Positions 1-8,903 of a stretch of DNA of 45,744 bases are shown one piece after another (positions within the stretch are counted from its first letter, which is position 1; each line of letters begins with the position of its first letter). Source of the stretch: a virus; the IMG/VR virus record IMGVR_UViG_3300005253_002051, one strand, 5' to 3'. The notes beneath the pieces were generated by a model that made no database searches, had not been told where the DNA came from, and saw only the letters and a list, made by a program, of their open reading frames with translations. The translations under genes and the position numbers were made by a program.

Positions 1-910
1 GAAATCCATCTCGAGTACGAATAACATAGCCTTCTTGCTTGTCAAAGTCCATCTTTTTCTCAAGTTCTCTTACCTTATCGTAATCGTATATTCCCTCATA
101 CAAAACAGGACAAGGAACGATGCCAAGCAACTCAAACCACTCTAATGTTTCGTCCCAGCTAAGACATTCATTTTTATCATTCCACATAGCAAAGCCGTAG
201 AAATATGTATCCAAGTTGTCATAAGCGATACTGTGCTTGGCATACATATTTTCACCATTGATGCGCCAACCCCAAGGAATGTCGCCTTGGAATTGTGCGT
301 GAAATGCTTTAACCCAATTGCGTGATTCATGCCCGCCTGAATTTACAGAACGAGCATGGATATGGTCCTGATAGCAGGTAGTATTCTCGCCATCAAGTTT
401 ATCCATTATGACGATTTCTTTACCTTCAAACTGTTCCATGCTTTTATGAGCACGATCGTCATCATGTAATCCTGGAGACCACGGAACGTGAAATGTGCGT
501 GGATATTTGATGTGGTGTGTAAAATCTTCCAAAAACTTGCCTTGCTTTAAGATCTTCTGGACCGATTCATCTTCGAACAACTCACCACGCAAACGCTGTC
601 CATTATCCAAGATTGGATTTCCCCATTTGTCATACAACTGGTCATTATAAAGATGATCTGGCAGGATTACTTTTTTGATACCGGCAGCATGTCTTACATT
701 TTCAACCGAGATGCTAGTCTCCTCACACCAGATGTGGCATTGTCCGCACACCGAGGCACCATTATTGAGGTAGTATCCGCCGTCTGAAAACAACCTACGC
801 TCCAAGATATGGTGAGCATCTTGAGCGGGTTCAGAGCATAGGACACATTTGTGACCATCACGCTCGAATACGGCGTTCCTGAAATCGTCTCTGGTCAAAA
901 GTTTACACAT
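1..910 (-). CDS. RNA ligase (Rnl2-like KxDG nucleotidyltransferase) with N-terminal HNH-type Cys/His zinc finger; 5' partial, C-terminus runs off the left edge of the window
   Basis: Uninterrupted minus-strand frame from ATG (complement of 908-910) to position 1. It is absent from the ORF track because there is no stop inside the window. Translation begins MCKLLTRDDFRNAVFERDGHKCVLCSEPAQDAHHILERRLFSDGGYYLNNGASVCGQCH (HNH-like). It continues with KEIVIMDKLDGENT (motif I KxDG), FYGFAMWND and EGYVIRTRDG (motif IV-like). RBS AGGAGA lies 8 nt upstream. Confidence 0.6.
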   Translation of the reverse strand, partial: MCKLLTRDDFRNAVFERDGHKCVLCSEPAQDAHHILERRLFSDGGYYLNNGASVCGQCHIWCEETSISVENVRHAAGIKKVILPDHLYNDQLYDKWGNPILDNGQRLRGELFEDESVQKILKQGKFLEDFTHHIKYPRTFHVPWSPGLHDDDRAHKSMEQFEGKEIVIMDKLDGENTTCYQDHIHARSVNSGGHESRNWVKAFHAQFQGDIPWGWRINGENMYAKHSIAYDNLDTYFYGFAMWNDKNECLSWDETLEWFELLGIVPCPVLYEGIYDYDKVRELEKKMDFDKQEGYVIRTRDGF

Positions 911-1025
911 TGTTAACAGTCTCCTGATATGTTATATTAAGTATAGCATATTATTTAATTTTGTCGATGGTTTGGATTTTATATAGATTTTCCAGCTAAC
1001 TATTCATATAATAAATAACTACTGT

Positions 1026-1099
1026 GCGGGTATCGTATAATGGTATTACCTTAGCCTTCCAAGCTAATGACGCCGGTTCGACTCCGACTACCCGTTCCA
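1026..1099 (+). tRNA. tRNA-Gly (anticodon UCC), CCA encoded
   Basis: Cloverleaf by eye. The 7-bp acceptor stem gcgggta/tacccgt starts with a G-U pair. U8 is present. The 5-bp anticodon stem ttagc/gctaa carries the loop cttccaa with TCC at positions 34-36. The T-loop is ttcgact and the discriminator is U. One C-A mismatch sits in the T-stem. Confidence 0.75.
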
Positions 1100-1124
1100 G
1101 ATCGCAACATAAAGCAATAGAACC

Positions 1125-1418
1125 ATGTATCGCATCGAAAGTACAATCATAGAAAGACTAAAAGAGCAAGATCTAGGTATTGATGATCTTCTTCGTGGGC
1201 ACGCAAAGACAGAGGACAAAACAATAACAATCTCTGACACAGTGACATATCGTGATGATCCTTATGAAATTGTTACTTTTGAAAATACGGATGAAGCAGT
1301 AGTGGTACAGATGAAAGAATTGGGTTTTGATGAGAAAACCATCAAAGCTATCCAAGAGAATGCTATAAAGCATAATGAATCTATTAAAATTCTCAGGTTT
1401 CTTGAGGAAAAAGAGTAA
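1125..1418 (+). CDS. small protein, member 1 of a tandem 4-gene paralog family (conserved N-terminus MYRIESTIIERLKEQDL..DDLL, divergent C-terminus)
   Basis: ORF track, 97 aa. The first 30 aa are about 70-85% identical to the next three ORFs at both protein and DNA level. Confidence 0.75.
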   Translation: MYRIESTIIERLKEQDLGIDDLLRGHAKTEDKTITISDTVTYRDDPYEIVTFENTDEAVVVQMKELGFDEKTIKAIQENAIKHNESIKILRFLEEKE

Positions 1419-1422
1419 AGCC

Positions 1423-1608
1423 ATGTATCGTATCGAAAGTACAATCGTAGAAGAATTAAAAGAGCAAGATCTTAATGCGGATGATCTTCTACAAGCACAT
1501 ACTAAAAAATACACGAAACAAAAAATTGAAGTAGTAAGGCGGATAGTTGAAGATGAGGAATTTATTACAACGTTTTTTGATAATAAAATTGAAATAGTCA
1601 GGAAGTAA
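1423..1608 (+). CDS. small protein, paralog family member 2 (61 aa)
   Basis: ATG at 1423 gives MYRIESTIVEELKEQDLNADDLLQAH. The 1375 start in the ORF track would overlap the previous gene. Here AAAGAG precedes the ATG in the same arrangement as for its paralogs. Confidence 0.7.
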   Translation: MYRIESTIVEELKEQDLNADDLLQAHTKKYTKQKIEVVRRIVEDEEFITTFFDNKIEIVRK

Positions 1609-1618
1609 AGAGAAGAAA

Positions 1619-1873
1619 ATGACTAGATTTTACGTCGAAAGCACAATCGTAGAAAGACTAAAAGAGCAAGATCTTAACGCGACAGATCTGCTCCAAACAC
1701 ATGCTAATGTTAGAAAACATAAAGTTAAAAAAGTGAAAGAAGATATCTTACATGCAGTTGATAACTTAAATGAAAAAATAAAAAATTTGTCGAATGACGG
1801 AATGACCGACATAGAACTAATCAAACTTCTTGAAGATGCGGGCATGATAGTGAATAGAAATAAAAATGACTAA
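1619..1873 (+). CDS. small protein, paralog family member 3 (84 aa)
   Basis: ORF track. Translation is MTRFYVESTIVERLKEQDLNATDLLQTH. RBS AAGAGAAG is present. Confidence 0.7.
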   Translation: MTRFYVESTIVERLKEQDLNATDLLQTHANVRKHKVKKVKEDILHAVDNLNEKIKNLSNDGMTDIELIKLLEDAGMIVNRNKND

Positions 1874-2126
1874 ATTTTGCGTTGAAGATATACTTATAGA
1901 AGAGTTAAAAGAACAAGGTCTTAATGTGACGGATCTTTTCCAAGCACATGTTAAGAACAATAGAAAACAAACCAAAATAGTCAAGATTACATATTACATA
2001 GATAATGAAACTCAAGAAAAATTAATCGAAGCAGGTATAGATGACATGGAAGAACTCTTAGCGGCGCTTGAGAAGTGTCTTGATGGGTGTGATATCATAA
2101 TTGAAAAAAAAATAAAACAATGCTAA
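1866..2126 (+). CDS. small protein, paralog family member 4 (86 aa)
   Basis: ORF track. Translation is MTKFCVEDILIEELKEQGLNVTDLFQAH. It overlaps the previous stop by 8 nt. Confidence 0.7.
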   Translation: MTKFCVEDILIEELKEQGLNVTDLFQAHVKNNRKQTKIVKITYYIDNETQEKLIEAGIDDMEELLAALEKCLDGCDIIIEKKIKQC

Positions 2127-2344
2127 TCTGGAAACGAACACAATGTCCTAACTGCGGTGGCCATGGATTAGTTTGTGTCTATTCGTATAATGATTTTGAA
2201 TTTGAAGGTGCCGGAGAATGTAATATGTGCGATGGTCGAGGATCAATTGCGATAAGCCCAAAAGATCGTTTAGCAAAATATCCAGGAGGTCCGTTTTTGG
2301 GTTCAGAAGCTGACGCATATCAATATGCTAAGGAATTTTGGTAA
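2120..2344 (+). CDS. small zinc-finger protein with two DnaJ-type CxxCxGxG motifs
   Basis: The 74-aa translation contains CPNCGGHG and CNMCDGRG. Confidence 0.6.
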   Translation: MLIWKRTQCPNCGGHGLVCVYSYNDFEFEGAGECNMCDGRGSIAISPKDRLAKYPGGPFLGSEADAYQYAKEFW

Positions 2345-2360
2345 AGAGAATACAATATAA

Positions 2361-2678
2361 ATGAAAAAAATAACCGGATGGGACGACGATAACGAATTTT
2401 TACATTTAACAGCAGAAATAGTTCGAAAAAATCCAGAATGGTTTTTAGAAGATATTTGTAAAAAAGTTGGACAGAAAATTACATATAGACAAGTTCAAGA
2501 AGGTGAAAAATTTCCTGCTGCTGTTAGAAATGAAATACGAAATATCTATAACAAAAGAATGGCAATAGAAATAAAAATTGTAGAAGATTGTATGGAACAA
2601 TCTAAAAAAGAATTCCGTAAGATCGTGCCATATATAATTTTAGCTATTATGGTAGCGTTAACACTATTATCATTTTAG
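2361..2678 (+). CDS. hypothetical protein with C-terminal transmembrane helix
   Basis: ORF track, 105 aa. The C-terminus VPYIILAIMVALTLLSF is hydrophobic. Confidence 0.6.
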   Translation: MKKITGWDDDNEFLHLTAEIVRKNPEWFLEDICKKVGQKITYRQVQEGEKFPAAVRNEIRNIYNKRMAIEIKIVEDCMEQSKKEFRKIVPYIILAIMVALTLLSF

Positions 2679-2690
2679 GAGGGAAATAAA

Positions 2691-2882
2691 ATGGATTTAC
2701 TTTTGAGTTTAATATTTACTGTTGTAGGCTTCGGGCTGATTATTCTGTATATCTATTCGTTTGTTCTTTTATGGACAGACAAACAATTTGAAGATTTGAT
2801 TAAAATACTAGGAACAGTTCTTTTTCTTGTCTTTCCAGTAGCTTCTTGGGTCTATCTATTCTACCGTATGTTTAGGAGTTAA
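2691..2882 (+). CDS. small membrane protein (2 TM)
   Basis: ORF track, 63 aa. RBS AGGAGGGAAA is present. Two hydrophobic segments. Confidence 0.55.
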   Translation: MDLLLSLIFTVVGFGLIILYIYSFVLLWTDKQFEDLIKILGTVLFLVFPVASWVYLFYRMFRS

Positions 2883-2886
2883 GATA

Positions 2887-3024
2887 ATGGATAGCATTGG
2901 TAAAGGTATAGCAGTAGTAGGCATTTGGGCAAGTGTGGCTGTTACGGCAATATGGGCTGGAGAGGCAGCAATATTAGTAGCTCTTTTTGCTATGATTGCT
3001 ACTTTCTTCGTAGCAACAAATTAA
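2887..3024 (+). CDS. small membrane protein (45 aa)
   Basis: ATG at 2887 gives MDSIGKGIAVVGIWASVAVTAIWAGEAAILVALFAMIATFFVATN. RBS AGGAG lies 8 nt upstream. It falls below the ORF-track size cutoff. Confidence 0.45.
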   Translation: MDSIGKGIAVVGIWASVAVTAIWAGEAAILVALFAMIATFFVATN

Positions 3025-3047
3025 TAAAATAAAAAGGAAAAACAATA

Positions 3048-4301
3048 ATGAAAAAAATAAAAACACTATTTTTCTCTCTAGCACTAGCTGGATCGATATT
3101 TTTAGGAACTCCTACATACGCATTTCATAATAACACAGCCGAACCTACTACACAAACACAAGAAGAACTTCGAGTTCTTATGGAAATTATTGGCAGGGTT
3201 CTTAATAACTACGTTGAAGAGCGCGAAAGCCAAGAAGTTATTGACGCCGCAATCGATGGAGTTATTAAGTCACTCGATAAACACTCGAGTTATATGCCTC
3301 CCAAAGCAGCCCAAGATATGATGCAAGAAATGACTGGAAGTTTTTTCGGAATCGGCGCGGAGGTTAATAAACATAAAGAAACCAAATACATCGAAGTCGT
3401 ATCACCAATCGAAGGTTCTCCAGCAGAAGCAGCGGGTATACGCCCCGGAGACTTAATAAAAAGCGTTAACGGCGTTGAGTTGAAAGAACTTAGTCAAAAC
3501 GATGCTATAAAGAACATTCGTGGTCCGAACGGCACTAAAGCAAAAATGGTAATCGTGCGTGGTGAAGAAGAATTAACTATTATCGTAATACGAGCAAAAA
3601 TTCAACTAGTAGTCGTTCGTTCAAGAATGTTAGAGAATAATATAGCGTATGTCAGACTTACTACATTTAATCAAAAATCTTTGGGCAAAACTAAGGATGC
3701 ATTTCGGGAATTAAAAAGACAGTTAGGAGACGAAGAATTTAATGGTATGATTTTGGATCTTCGTAATAATCCTGGCGGTTTATTAGATCAAGCAATTGCT
3801 ATAAGTGATTTATTTCTTGATGCGGGAACGATCGTTACGACGAGAGAACGAGGCGGCGAGATTGCTTATATCGAATTCGCTACTCCAGGTCAAATTATCC
3901 CATCTAAGACGCCAATAATTGTTTTGATTAATGAAGGATCTGCATCTGCTTCTGAAATCGTAGCAGGAACATTACAAGATTTAGACAGAGCTACAATTGT
4001 TGGAGTTAAATCATATGGAAAAGGGTCTGTTCAGTCTATTATTCCACTAAGTAATGGTGGAAAGTTGAGACTCACAGTCGCAAAATACTATACCGCTGGA
4101 GGAACTACGCCGCATGATGTAGGAATCACGCCCGACGTAGTGGTCGAACTTCCAGAAGGATATTGGGATAATATTCCAGTTAGAGAACGTCGTAATCATA
4201 TTGATCCACAATTACAGAAAGCAATTGATATTCTTTCAAATGTGTCTAATGCTCCTGAAATTGATATTCCTGGACCAAATTGCGACGAAAATCCTTGCTA
4301 A
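3048..4301 (+). CDS. ctpA: C-terminal processing (tail-specific) peptidase, S41 family, with signal peptide and PDZ domain
   Basis: Signal peptide MKKIKTLFFSLALAGSIFLGTPTYA. Motifs FGIGAEV (PDZ), DLRNNPGGLLDQAI, NEGSASASEIVAG and KSYGKGSVQS. Confidence 0.85.
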   Translation: MKKIKTLFFSLALAGSIFLGTPTYAFHNNTAEPTTQTQEELRVLMEIIGRVLNNYVEERESQEVIDAAIDGVIKSLDKHSSYMPPKAAQDMMQEMTGSFFGIGAEVNKHKETKYIEVVSPIEGSPAEAAGIRPGDLIKSVNGVELKELSQNDAIKNIRGPNGTKAKMVIVRGEEELTIIVIRAKIQLVVVRSRMLENNIAYVRLTTFNQKSLGKTKDAFRELKRQLGDEEFNGMILDLRNNPGGLLDQAIAISDLFLDAGTIVTTRERGGEIAYIEFATPGQIIPSKTPIIVLINEGSASASEIVAGTLQDLDRATIVGVKSYGKGSVQSIIPLSNGGKLRLTVAKYYTAGGTTPHDVGITPDVVVELPEGYWDNIPVRERRNHIDPQLQKAIDILSNVSNAPEIDIPGPNCDENPC

Positions 4302-4313
4302 AAAGAATTTAGA

Positions 4314-4353
4314 GCGCGGCACATAGTATATAAAGTGTCGCGCCCTAATTTTT
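4314..4353. terminator. bidirectional rho-independent terminator between convergent genes
   Basis: Stem GCGCGGCAC (4314-4322), 12-nt loop, then GTGTCGCGC (4335-4343). The 9 bp include one G-U pair. A-run upstream and T-run (CCTAATTTTT) downstream. Confidence 0.7.
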
Positions 4354-4927
4354 AGCCTCTGGCGACTCTTCCTATTTCGTTGAAAAATTCATCAAAATTG
4401 GTGATGTTGTTATCCACAAATATCGCAGATACATTAATTTCATCGACTTGTTCTTCGGTAAGTCCTTGTTTTTCTATCAGATAATTTTTAAAATCGCCAG
4501 AAGTTGGTCGTGGTTGGGCTTGATTCCAATATCGAATCCAGCTATTATTAAACCTTTCTTCTTCTCCTGCTTTTTGTATTTTTTCGATACATTTGGTAGA
4601 TTCTTCCGACATTCGTTTATACAAGTTATCGAATTTTTGTGATTCAGTTTTCTGTTTATATGATACTAAATATGAATCTAATTTTTCACAATATGCTGTA
4701 AACCGTGGATATGTTTTGTCTTTTTCGTAATAATCACGATTAAAGGCAGAAAAAACCTCGAGTATAAAAATCCACTGCGTTATTTCATCCATATCTTTTT
4801 TAGCAACAATTTTTTTCATTTGGTCTTGATAGATTTTTCTGAGATCATCGTCAGAAATAGTCTTTGTGGTTAGTTTTATAAAGTATAATTTGATTTTGGC
4901 ACAGAATTGTGCTATGCTTGTGAACAT
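4352..4927 (-). CDS. hypothetical protein (191 aa)
   Basis: ORF track. RBS AAGGAG upstream on the minus strand. Ends at the bidirectional terminator. Confidence 0.6.
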   Translation of the reverse strand: MFTSIAQFCAKIKLYFIKLTTKTISDDDLRKIYQDQMKKIVAKKDMDEITQWIFILEVFSAFNRDYYEKDKTYPRFTAYCEKLDSYLVSYKQKTESQKFDNLYKRMSEESTKCIEKIQKAGEEERFNNSWIRYWNQAQPRPTSGDFKNYLIEKQGLTEEQVDEINVSAIFVDNNITNFDEFFNEIGRVARG

Positions 4928-5053
4928 TGATTTTACTCCTTATTAAGCAAGTTTATCATAAACGACCCAATTTCTCGCGATCGGTTAAAAATATTTTAAG
5001 TCCCGTGTAGGCGACTTAGTTATAAGGGTATTTAATAAAAAGTTAGAAATGTC

Positions 5054-5083
5054 TTGACATTCGGTTAGACAATCTGTTATACA
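5054..5083 (+). promoter_or_regulatory. sigma70/sigmaA-type promoter (TTGACA-N18-TATACA) for the TelA-like operon
   Basis: TTGACA at 5054-5059 and TATACA at 5078-5083, about 40 nt upstream of the 5125 start. Confidence 0.5.
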
Positions 5084-5124
5084 TCATTTATTGAAACGTT
5101 TCTGCGGAAAAAGAGGAGATCAAA

Positions 5125-6276
5125 ATGGCTACATTAACGAAAGATGACGCGGTCAAGGTTGAGATGGAAGTCAGCATGGCCGACAGCAAGGGTGCTTTAG
5201 CAGTCCTAGCGGACAATAAATCACCCGAAGATCAGGCTAAAGTTCTACAACTTATGGCCCAGATTAACATGGATGACACAACTTCTGTCATTTCCTTCGG
5301 TGTCAGCGCCCAGGCAGGCCTATCCGAGCAGAGTAGCGCGATGCTTGCTGGTGTGCGTAATAAGGACACTGGACCAGCCGGTCAAGTTATGAACGGTCTT
5401 ATGGTTCAGATTCGCGGATTGGGTCTAGACGACTTAGATCCGAATGCAAAGCGTGGCTTTATTGCTAAGCTGCTCAAAAAGCTAACACCGCTTCAGAAGT
5501 TCATTCAACAGTATGAAAGTATCGAATCACAGATTGATGCGACGGTTGCTAAGCTCGAAGGCGAGCAGAAGAAGCTCAATCGCGACGTCTTAATGCTTGA
5601 TGGCATGTATAACGAGGCATTAAAGTTCTTCAATGAGCTTGCTTTTTACATTGAAGCGGCTGAGATGAAGCTTGAAGACGTCCGTGCTGTTGATATTCCA
5701 GCACTACAAGCGCACGCGGACAAAACCGACAACATGATGGATCATCAGAAAGCTAAAGATATGGTGGATCGTTCCATGGATTTGGAGCGCAAGATTCACG
5801 ATCTTATGCTTACGCGCACTGTAACTATGCAGATGCTCCCTCAGCTTCGTATGATTCAGGATACAGACAAATCGCTTGTCACCAAGATTGGTTCTTCTAT
5901 CTTGGTAACGATTCCTGTCTGGAAGAATCAGATTGCTATGAGCATTGCTCTTCACAATCAGGCTGGTGCTGCTGCGGTTACTAAAGCAGTTGGCGATGCT
6001 ACAAGTGAGATGATTGAGACGACTGCCAAACAGCTCAGAACTGGTAATGCGGCAGCTCGTAAGGAAGTTGAGCGTGGCGTTATCGACATCGAGAGCATCA
6101 AGCGAGCTAATGAGGACTTGATTGCTACGATTGCTGAATCAATTCAAATCGCCGAGGAAGGTCAGCGTGCTCGTATTGCCGCCAAGGCAGATATGAATCA
6201 GTGTGAGACCGAGCTCAAAGCTGCTCTTCGTGATGCAAAAGGCACTGTAGTAGACGCAGTTGCTGATTCTATCTAG
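5125..6276 (+). CDS. telA: TelA / YaaN / KlaA family toxic-anion-resistance-like protein
   Basis: Family-typical blocks ISFGVSAQAGLSEQSSAMLAGVRNKDTGPAGQVMNGLMVQI, DGMYNEALKFFNELAFYIEAAEMKLED and LMLTRTVTMQMLPQLRMIQD..ILVTIPVWKNQI. Confidence 0.8.
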   Translation: MATLTKDDAVKVEMEVSMADSKGALAVLADNKSPEDQAKVLQLMAQINMDDTTSVISFGVSAQAGLSEQSSAMLAGVRNKDTGPAGQVMNGLMVQIRGLGLDDLDPNAKRGFIAKLLKKLTPLQKFIQQYESIESQIDATVAKLEGEQKKLNRDVLMLDGMYNEALKFFNELAFYIEAAEMKLEDVRAVDIPALQAHADKTDNMMDHQKAKDMVDRSMDLERKIHDLMLTRTVTMQMLPQLRMIQDTDKSLVTKIGSSILVTIPVWKNQIAMSIALHNQAGAAAVTKAVGDATSEMIETTAKQLRTGNAAARKEVERGVIDIESIKRANEDLIATIAESIQIAEEGQRARIAAKADMNQCETELKAALRDAKGTVVDAVADSI

Positions 6277-6303
6277 TTTTAACTTTAGAGAAGGAGAAGG
6301 AAA

Positions 6304-8079
6304 GTGAGAAAGATTTTTTCATTAGCGGCAATTGCTACTACGTTTTCGTTAGTAGCCGCTGCGTTTTCGCCTAACTCAGCAAGTGCTCAGAACTACGTCG
6401 AGATGAAACCTCTCGCTGAAGTTCTTGCAGGTGCCAGTGTTCGTGATTGTCGCGGCGGTGAAGGTCAAAATGTTACCATGATCACATGGGGTGCAGACAT
6501 TTTTACTCTTCATGCTAATGGCGCGTCACTTACTACACAGCCTGGGAGCATTTTTGCCGACGAAGGCTTAACTGTTACGTTGAAGAGAGAGGATGTTTTT
6601 GCAAAGCAGGTTGAAGCATATTTGCGTTGTGACACTCCGTATCTTCGTGGGACACTTGGACAGATTAACTTAGCTAGCGACATTACTGCTGTTAATCCTG
6701 GCACCGAGATGGTTCCGATCATTCAACTTAGCTGGTCGAATGGTGGTGATGCTCTTGTTGCTAAAAAGGGTATCAATAAGCCAGCAGATCTAAAGGGTAA
6801 GACAATCGTGGTTCAGGCTTATGGGCCGCACGTTGCTTATCTTAATAAGGTTCTTGCCGACGCCGGCTTAACGCCGAACGATGTCACTATCGTTTACACC
6901 AAAGACTTAGTTGGTTTCGATGACGATACGACACCTGGAAGCGCGTTCCTCGATGATCCAAATATTGATGCGGCAATGGTTATTATTCCAGATGCGCTAA
7001 AATTAACATCAGGTGGAACTGGCGGAACTGGCGCAGAGAATTCGTTCGACGGCGCAGAGATTATGCTTTCTACCAAATCTGCAAGCCGTGTTATCGCAGA
7101 CGTTTATGTCGTGCGCAAAGACTACCTTGAGGCAAACAGAGATGAAGTTCAGAAGTTTGTTCACGCTCTCTTAGTTGCCGAGGAAAGTCTTAGGAAGCTG
7201 GTTCTAGAGAAAGATACTCGGACAGATGAATACAACGCGATTATTGTTGCCGCTGCCGGTCATCTTCTCGATGCTCCAACTGACATCGACGACACGGAAG
7301 GTATGTATGCCGATGCCGAGACAATTGGGTTTGCTGGCAACAAGAAGTTCTTTGAAAACACTAAGTATCCAAGGAACGTCACTAAGCTTACCAGTGAGAT
7401 CCAGACGGCGTATGTCCAGCAAGGTATGTTGGCTGCTACTGCATCATTAGGTTCTGCTACTTGGAACTATGATGCTCTAAAGGCTGGCATCACTAACACG
7501 ATTGCTAAAACTACGCCTAAGTTCAATGCCGATAAGTTGGCCGCTGCTGTGACCAACATGGCATCAAGCGGCGCCTTAGATGATGGAACATTATTCGAGT
7601 TCCAAATCAACTTTCAGCCGGAACAGGACACATTCTCTGTGGAGATTTATGGAGATGCGTTTAAGCAGGTAGTTGACCTAGCATCTACTTATGCTGGCGC
7701 GATTATTACGGTTGAAGGGCACAGTGATCCAGCAAACTTCATTAAGAAGATGAAGAACGGTGCTGGTGAAGGTATTCTAAATCGTATTAGGCAGCGTGCC
7801 AAGAATCTTAGCGTTAGTCGCTCAACTGCGGTTCGTAAGGCTGTCTTGGACATGGCTGCTGCTTCTGGTGTTCCGATGGACCCAAGTCAGTTTGTGACTA
7901 TTGGTTATGGCATTTCAAACCCGGCTACTGGTGTCTGTCAGAGAAAAGATGAGCCACTTTGCTTAGCTGCTGGACTTCCAAGATATCCGGCAAATAAAGC
8001 GGAATGGCTTAACAACATGCGTGTTGTGTTTAAAATCATTAACGTCGAGGCTGAATCCTCAGCGTTCGAAACATTTTAA
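6304..8079 (+). CDS. secreted protein: periplasmic solute-binding-like N-domain plus C-terminal OmpA/MotB-like peptidoglycan-binding domain
   Basis: Signal peptide MRKIFSLAAIATTFSLVAAAFSPNSASAQ. C-terminus ITVEGHSDPANF..NLSVSRSTAVRKAVL..GYGISNP matches the OmpA_C motif. Confidence 0.7.
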   Translation: MRKIFSLAAIATTFSLVAAAFSPNSASAQNYVEMKPLAEVLAGASVRDCRGGEGQNVTMITWGADIFTLHANGASLTTQPGSIFADEGLTVTLKREDVFAKQVEAYLRCDTPYLRGTLGQINLASDITAVNPGTEMVPIIQLSWSNGGDALVAKKGINKPADLKGKTIVVQAYGPHVAYLNKVLADAGLTPNDVTIVYTKDLVGFDDDTTPGSAFLDDPNIDAAMVIIPDALKLTSGGTGGTGAENSFDGAEIMLSTKSASRVIADVYVVRKDYLEANRDEVQKFVHALLVAEESLRKLVLEKDTRTDEYNAIIVAAAGHLLDAPTDIDDTEGMYADAETIGFAGNKKFFENTKYPRNVTKLTSEIQTAYVQQGMLAATASLGSATWNYDALKAGITNTIAKTTPKFNADKLAAAVTNMASSGALDDGTLFEFQINFQPEQDTFSVEIYGDAFKQVVDLASTYAGAIITVEGHSDPANFIKKMKNGAGEGILNRIRQRAKNLSVSRSTAVRKAVLDMAAASGVPMDPSQFVTIGYGISNPATGVCQRKDEPLCLAAGLPRYPANKAEWLNNMRVVFKIINVEAESSAFETF

Positions 8080-8094
8080 GGGGAGGGTAGTAAC

Positions 8095-8898
8095 ATGTTG
8101 AAACTTAGATTATTTGCTGCTCTTGTCATAGCAGGTGGCGTGCTTGCCGCCTGCGACGACGCCCCAAGCCAGGGCAATGCAATCGGCACTACGAAAACGG
8201 CTACATCGTCGGGAAGTTCTTCTAGTGCTACGACAGTATCTTCTGTCAAGGCCAATGTAGTTTGGCCCGGTATGGCGCCCGAAGATATGAACGTTGCTAT
8301 CGATAGCAATCTAACACGTTCTAACTTTATGGTGGTTTACGATGGTTCGGGTAGCATGGATTACGATTCTTGTGGCTCAAATAGTCCAAACCGTCATGCT
8401 GATGGTGTCATAGCCCTTAAAGAGTTTGTCAAAGCAGTTCCAGACGACGCGAATCTTGGATTGTTTGTTTTCGACGGAAAAGGAATGGCTGTTAGAGTTC
8501 CTCTTGCTGTTGGAAACCGAGACATATTCTTAAGCGAGGTTGATAGCATTAGTATTGGCCAAGGAACTCCATTAAGGTCGGCGATTAAGACTGCCTACTT
8601 TGAACTTAAAAATCGAGCTTATCGTCAGCTTGGTTATGGTAGGTATTCGTTGGTTATTGTCACCGACGGAGAAGCAAACAGCGGCGAAGATCCAACAAGA
8701 ATCGTCAATGATATTATTGATGAGACTCCTGTTGAGGTTCATACCGTTGGGCTTTGCTTTAGTGGTAGACATTCGTTGAATCAGGCAGGTAGGACATTCT
8801 ACACCGACGCCCAAAATCCGGCGCAACTTATCGAAGGATTGAAGAGCGTTCTGGCTGAAACTTCAGTGGATGACGCTGCGGAGTTTAATACGCAGTAA
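8095..8898 (+). CDS. lipoprotein with von Willebrand factor A (vWA) domain
   Basis: Lipobox LAAC after an N-terminal hydrophobic stretch. MIDAS motif DGSGSM, followed by GTPLRSAI and VIVTDGEANSG. Confidence 0.75.
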   Translation: MLKLRLFAALVIAGGVLAACDDAPSQGNAIGTTKTATSSGSSSSATTVSSVKANVVWPGMAPEDMNVAIDSNLTRSNFMVVYDGSGSMDYDSCGSNSPNRHADGVIALKEFVKAVPDDANLGLFVFDGKGMAVRVPLAVGNRDIFLSEVDSISIGQGTPLRSAIKTAYFELKNRAYRQLGYGRYSLVIVTDGEANSGEDPTRIVNDIIDETPVEVHTVGLCFSGRHSLNQAGRTFYTDAQNPAQLIEGLKSVLAETSVDDAAEFNTQ

Positions 8899-8903
8899 AA
8901 GAC

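Noticed and set aside
1173-1514. Minus-strand ORFs overlapping the tandem paralog array (1173-1514, 1262-1444, 1630-1845)
   Set aside because: They lie antisense to RBS-bearing conserved + strand genes, have low-complexity hydrophobic translations typical of AT-rich antisense frames, and carry no RBS.
5704-8309. Minus-strand ORFs inside telA and the OmpA/vWA genes (5704-5955, 6510-6722, 6894-7076, 7204-7422, 8076-8309, 8572-8826)
   Set aside because: They are antisense to genes with clear family motifs. Their S/P/R-rich translations are typical of GC-rich antisense frames.
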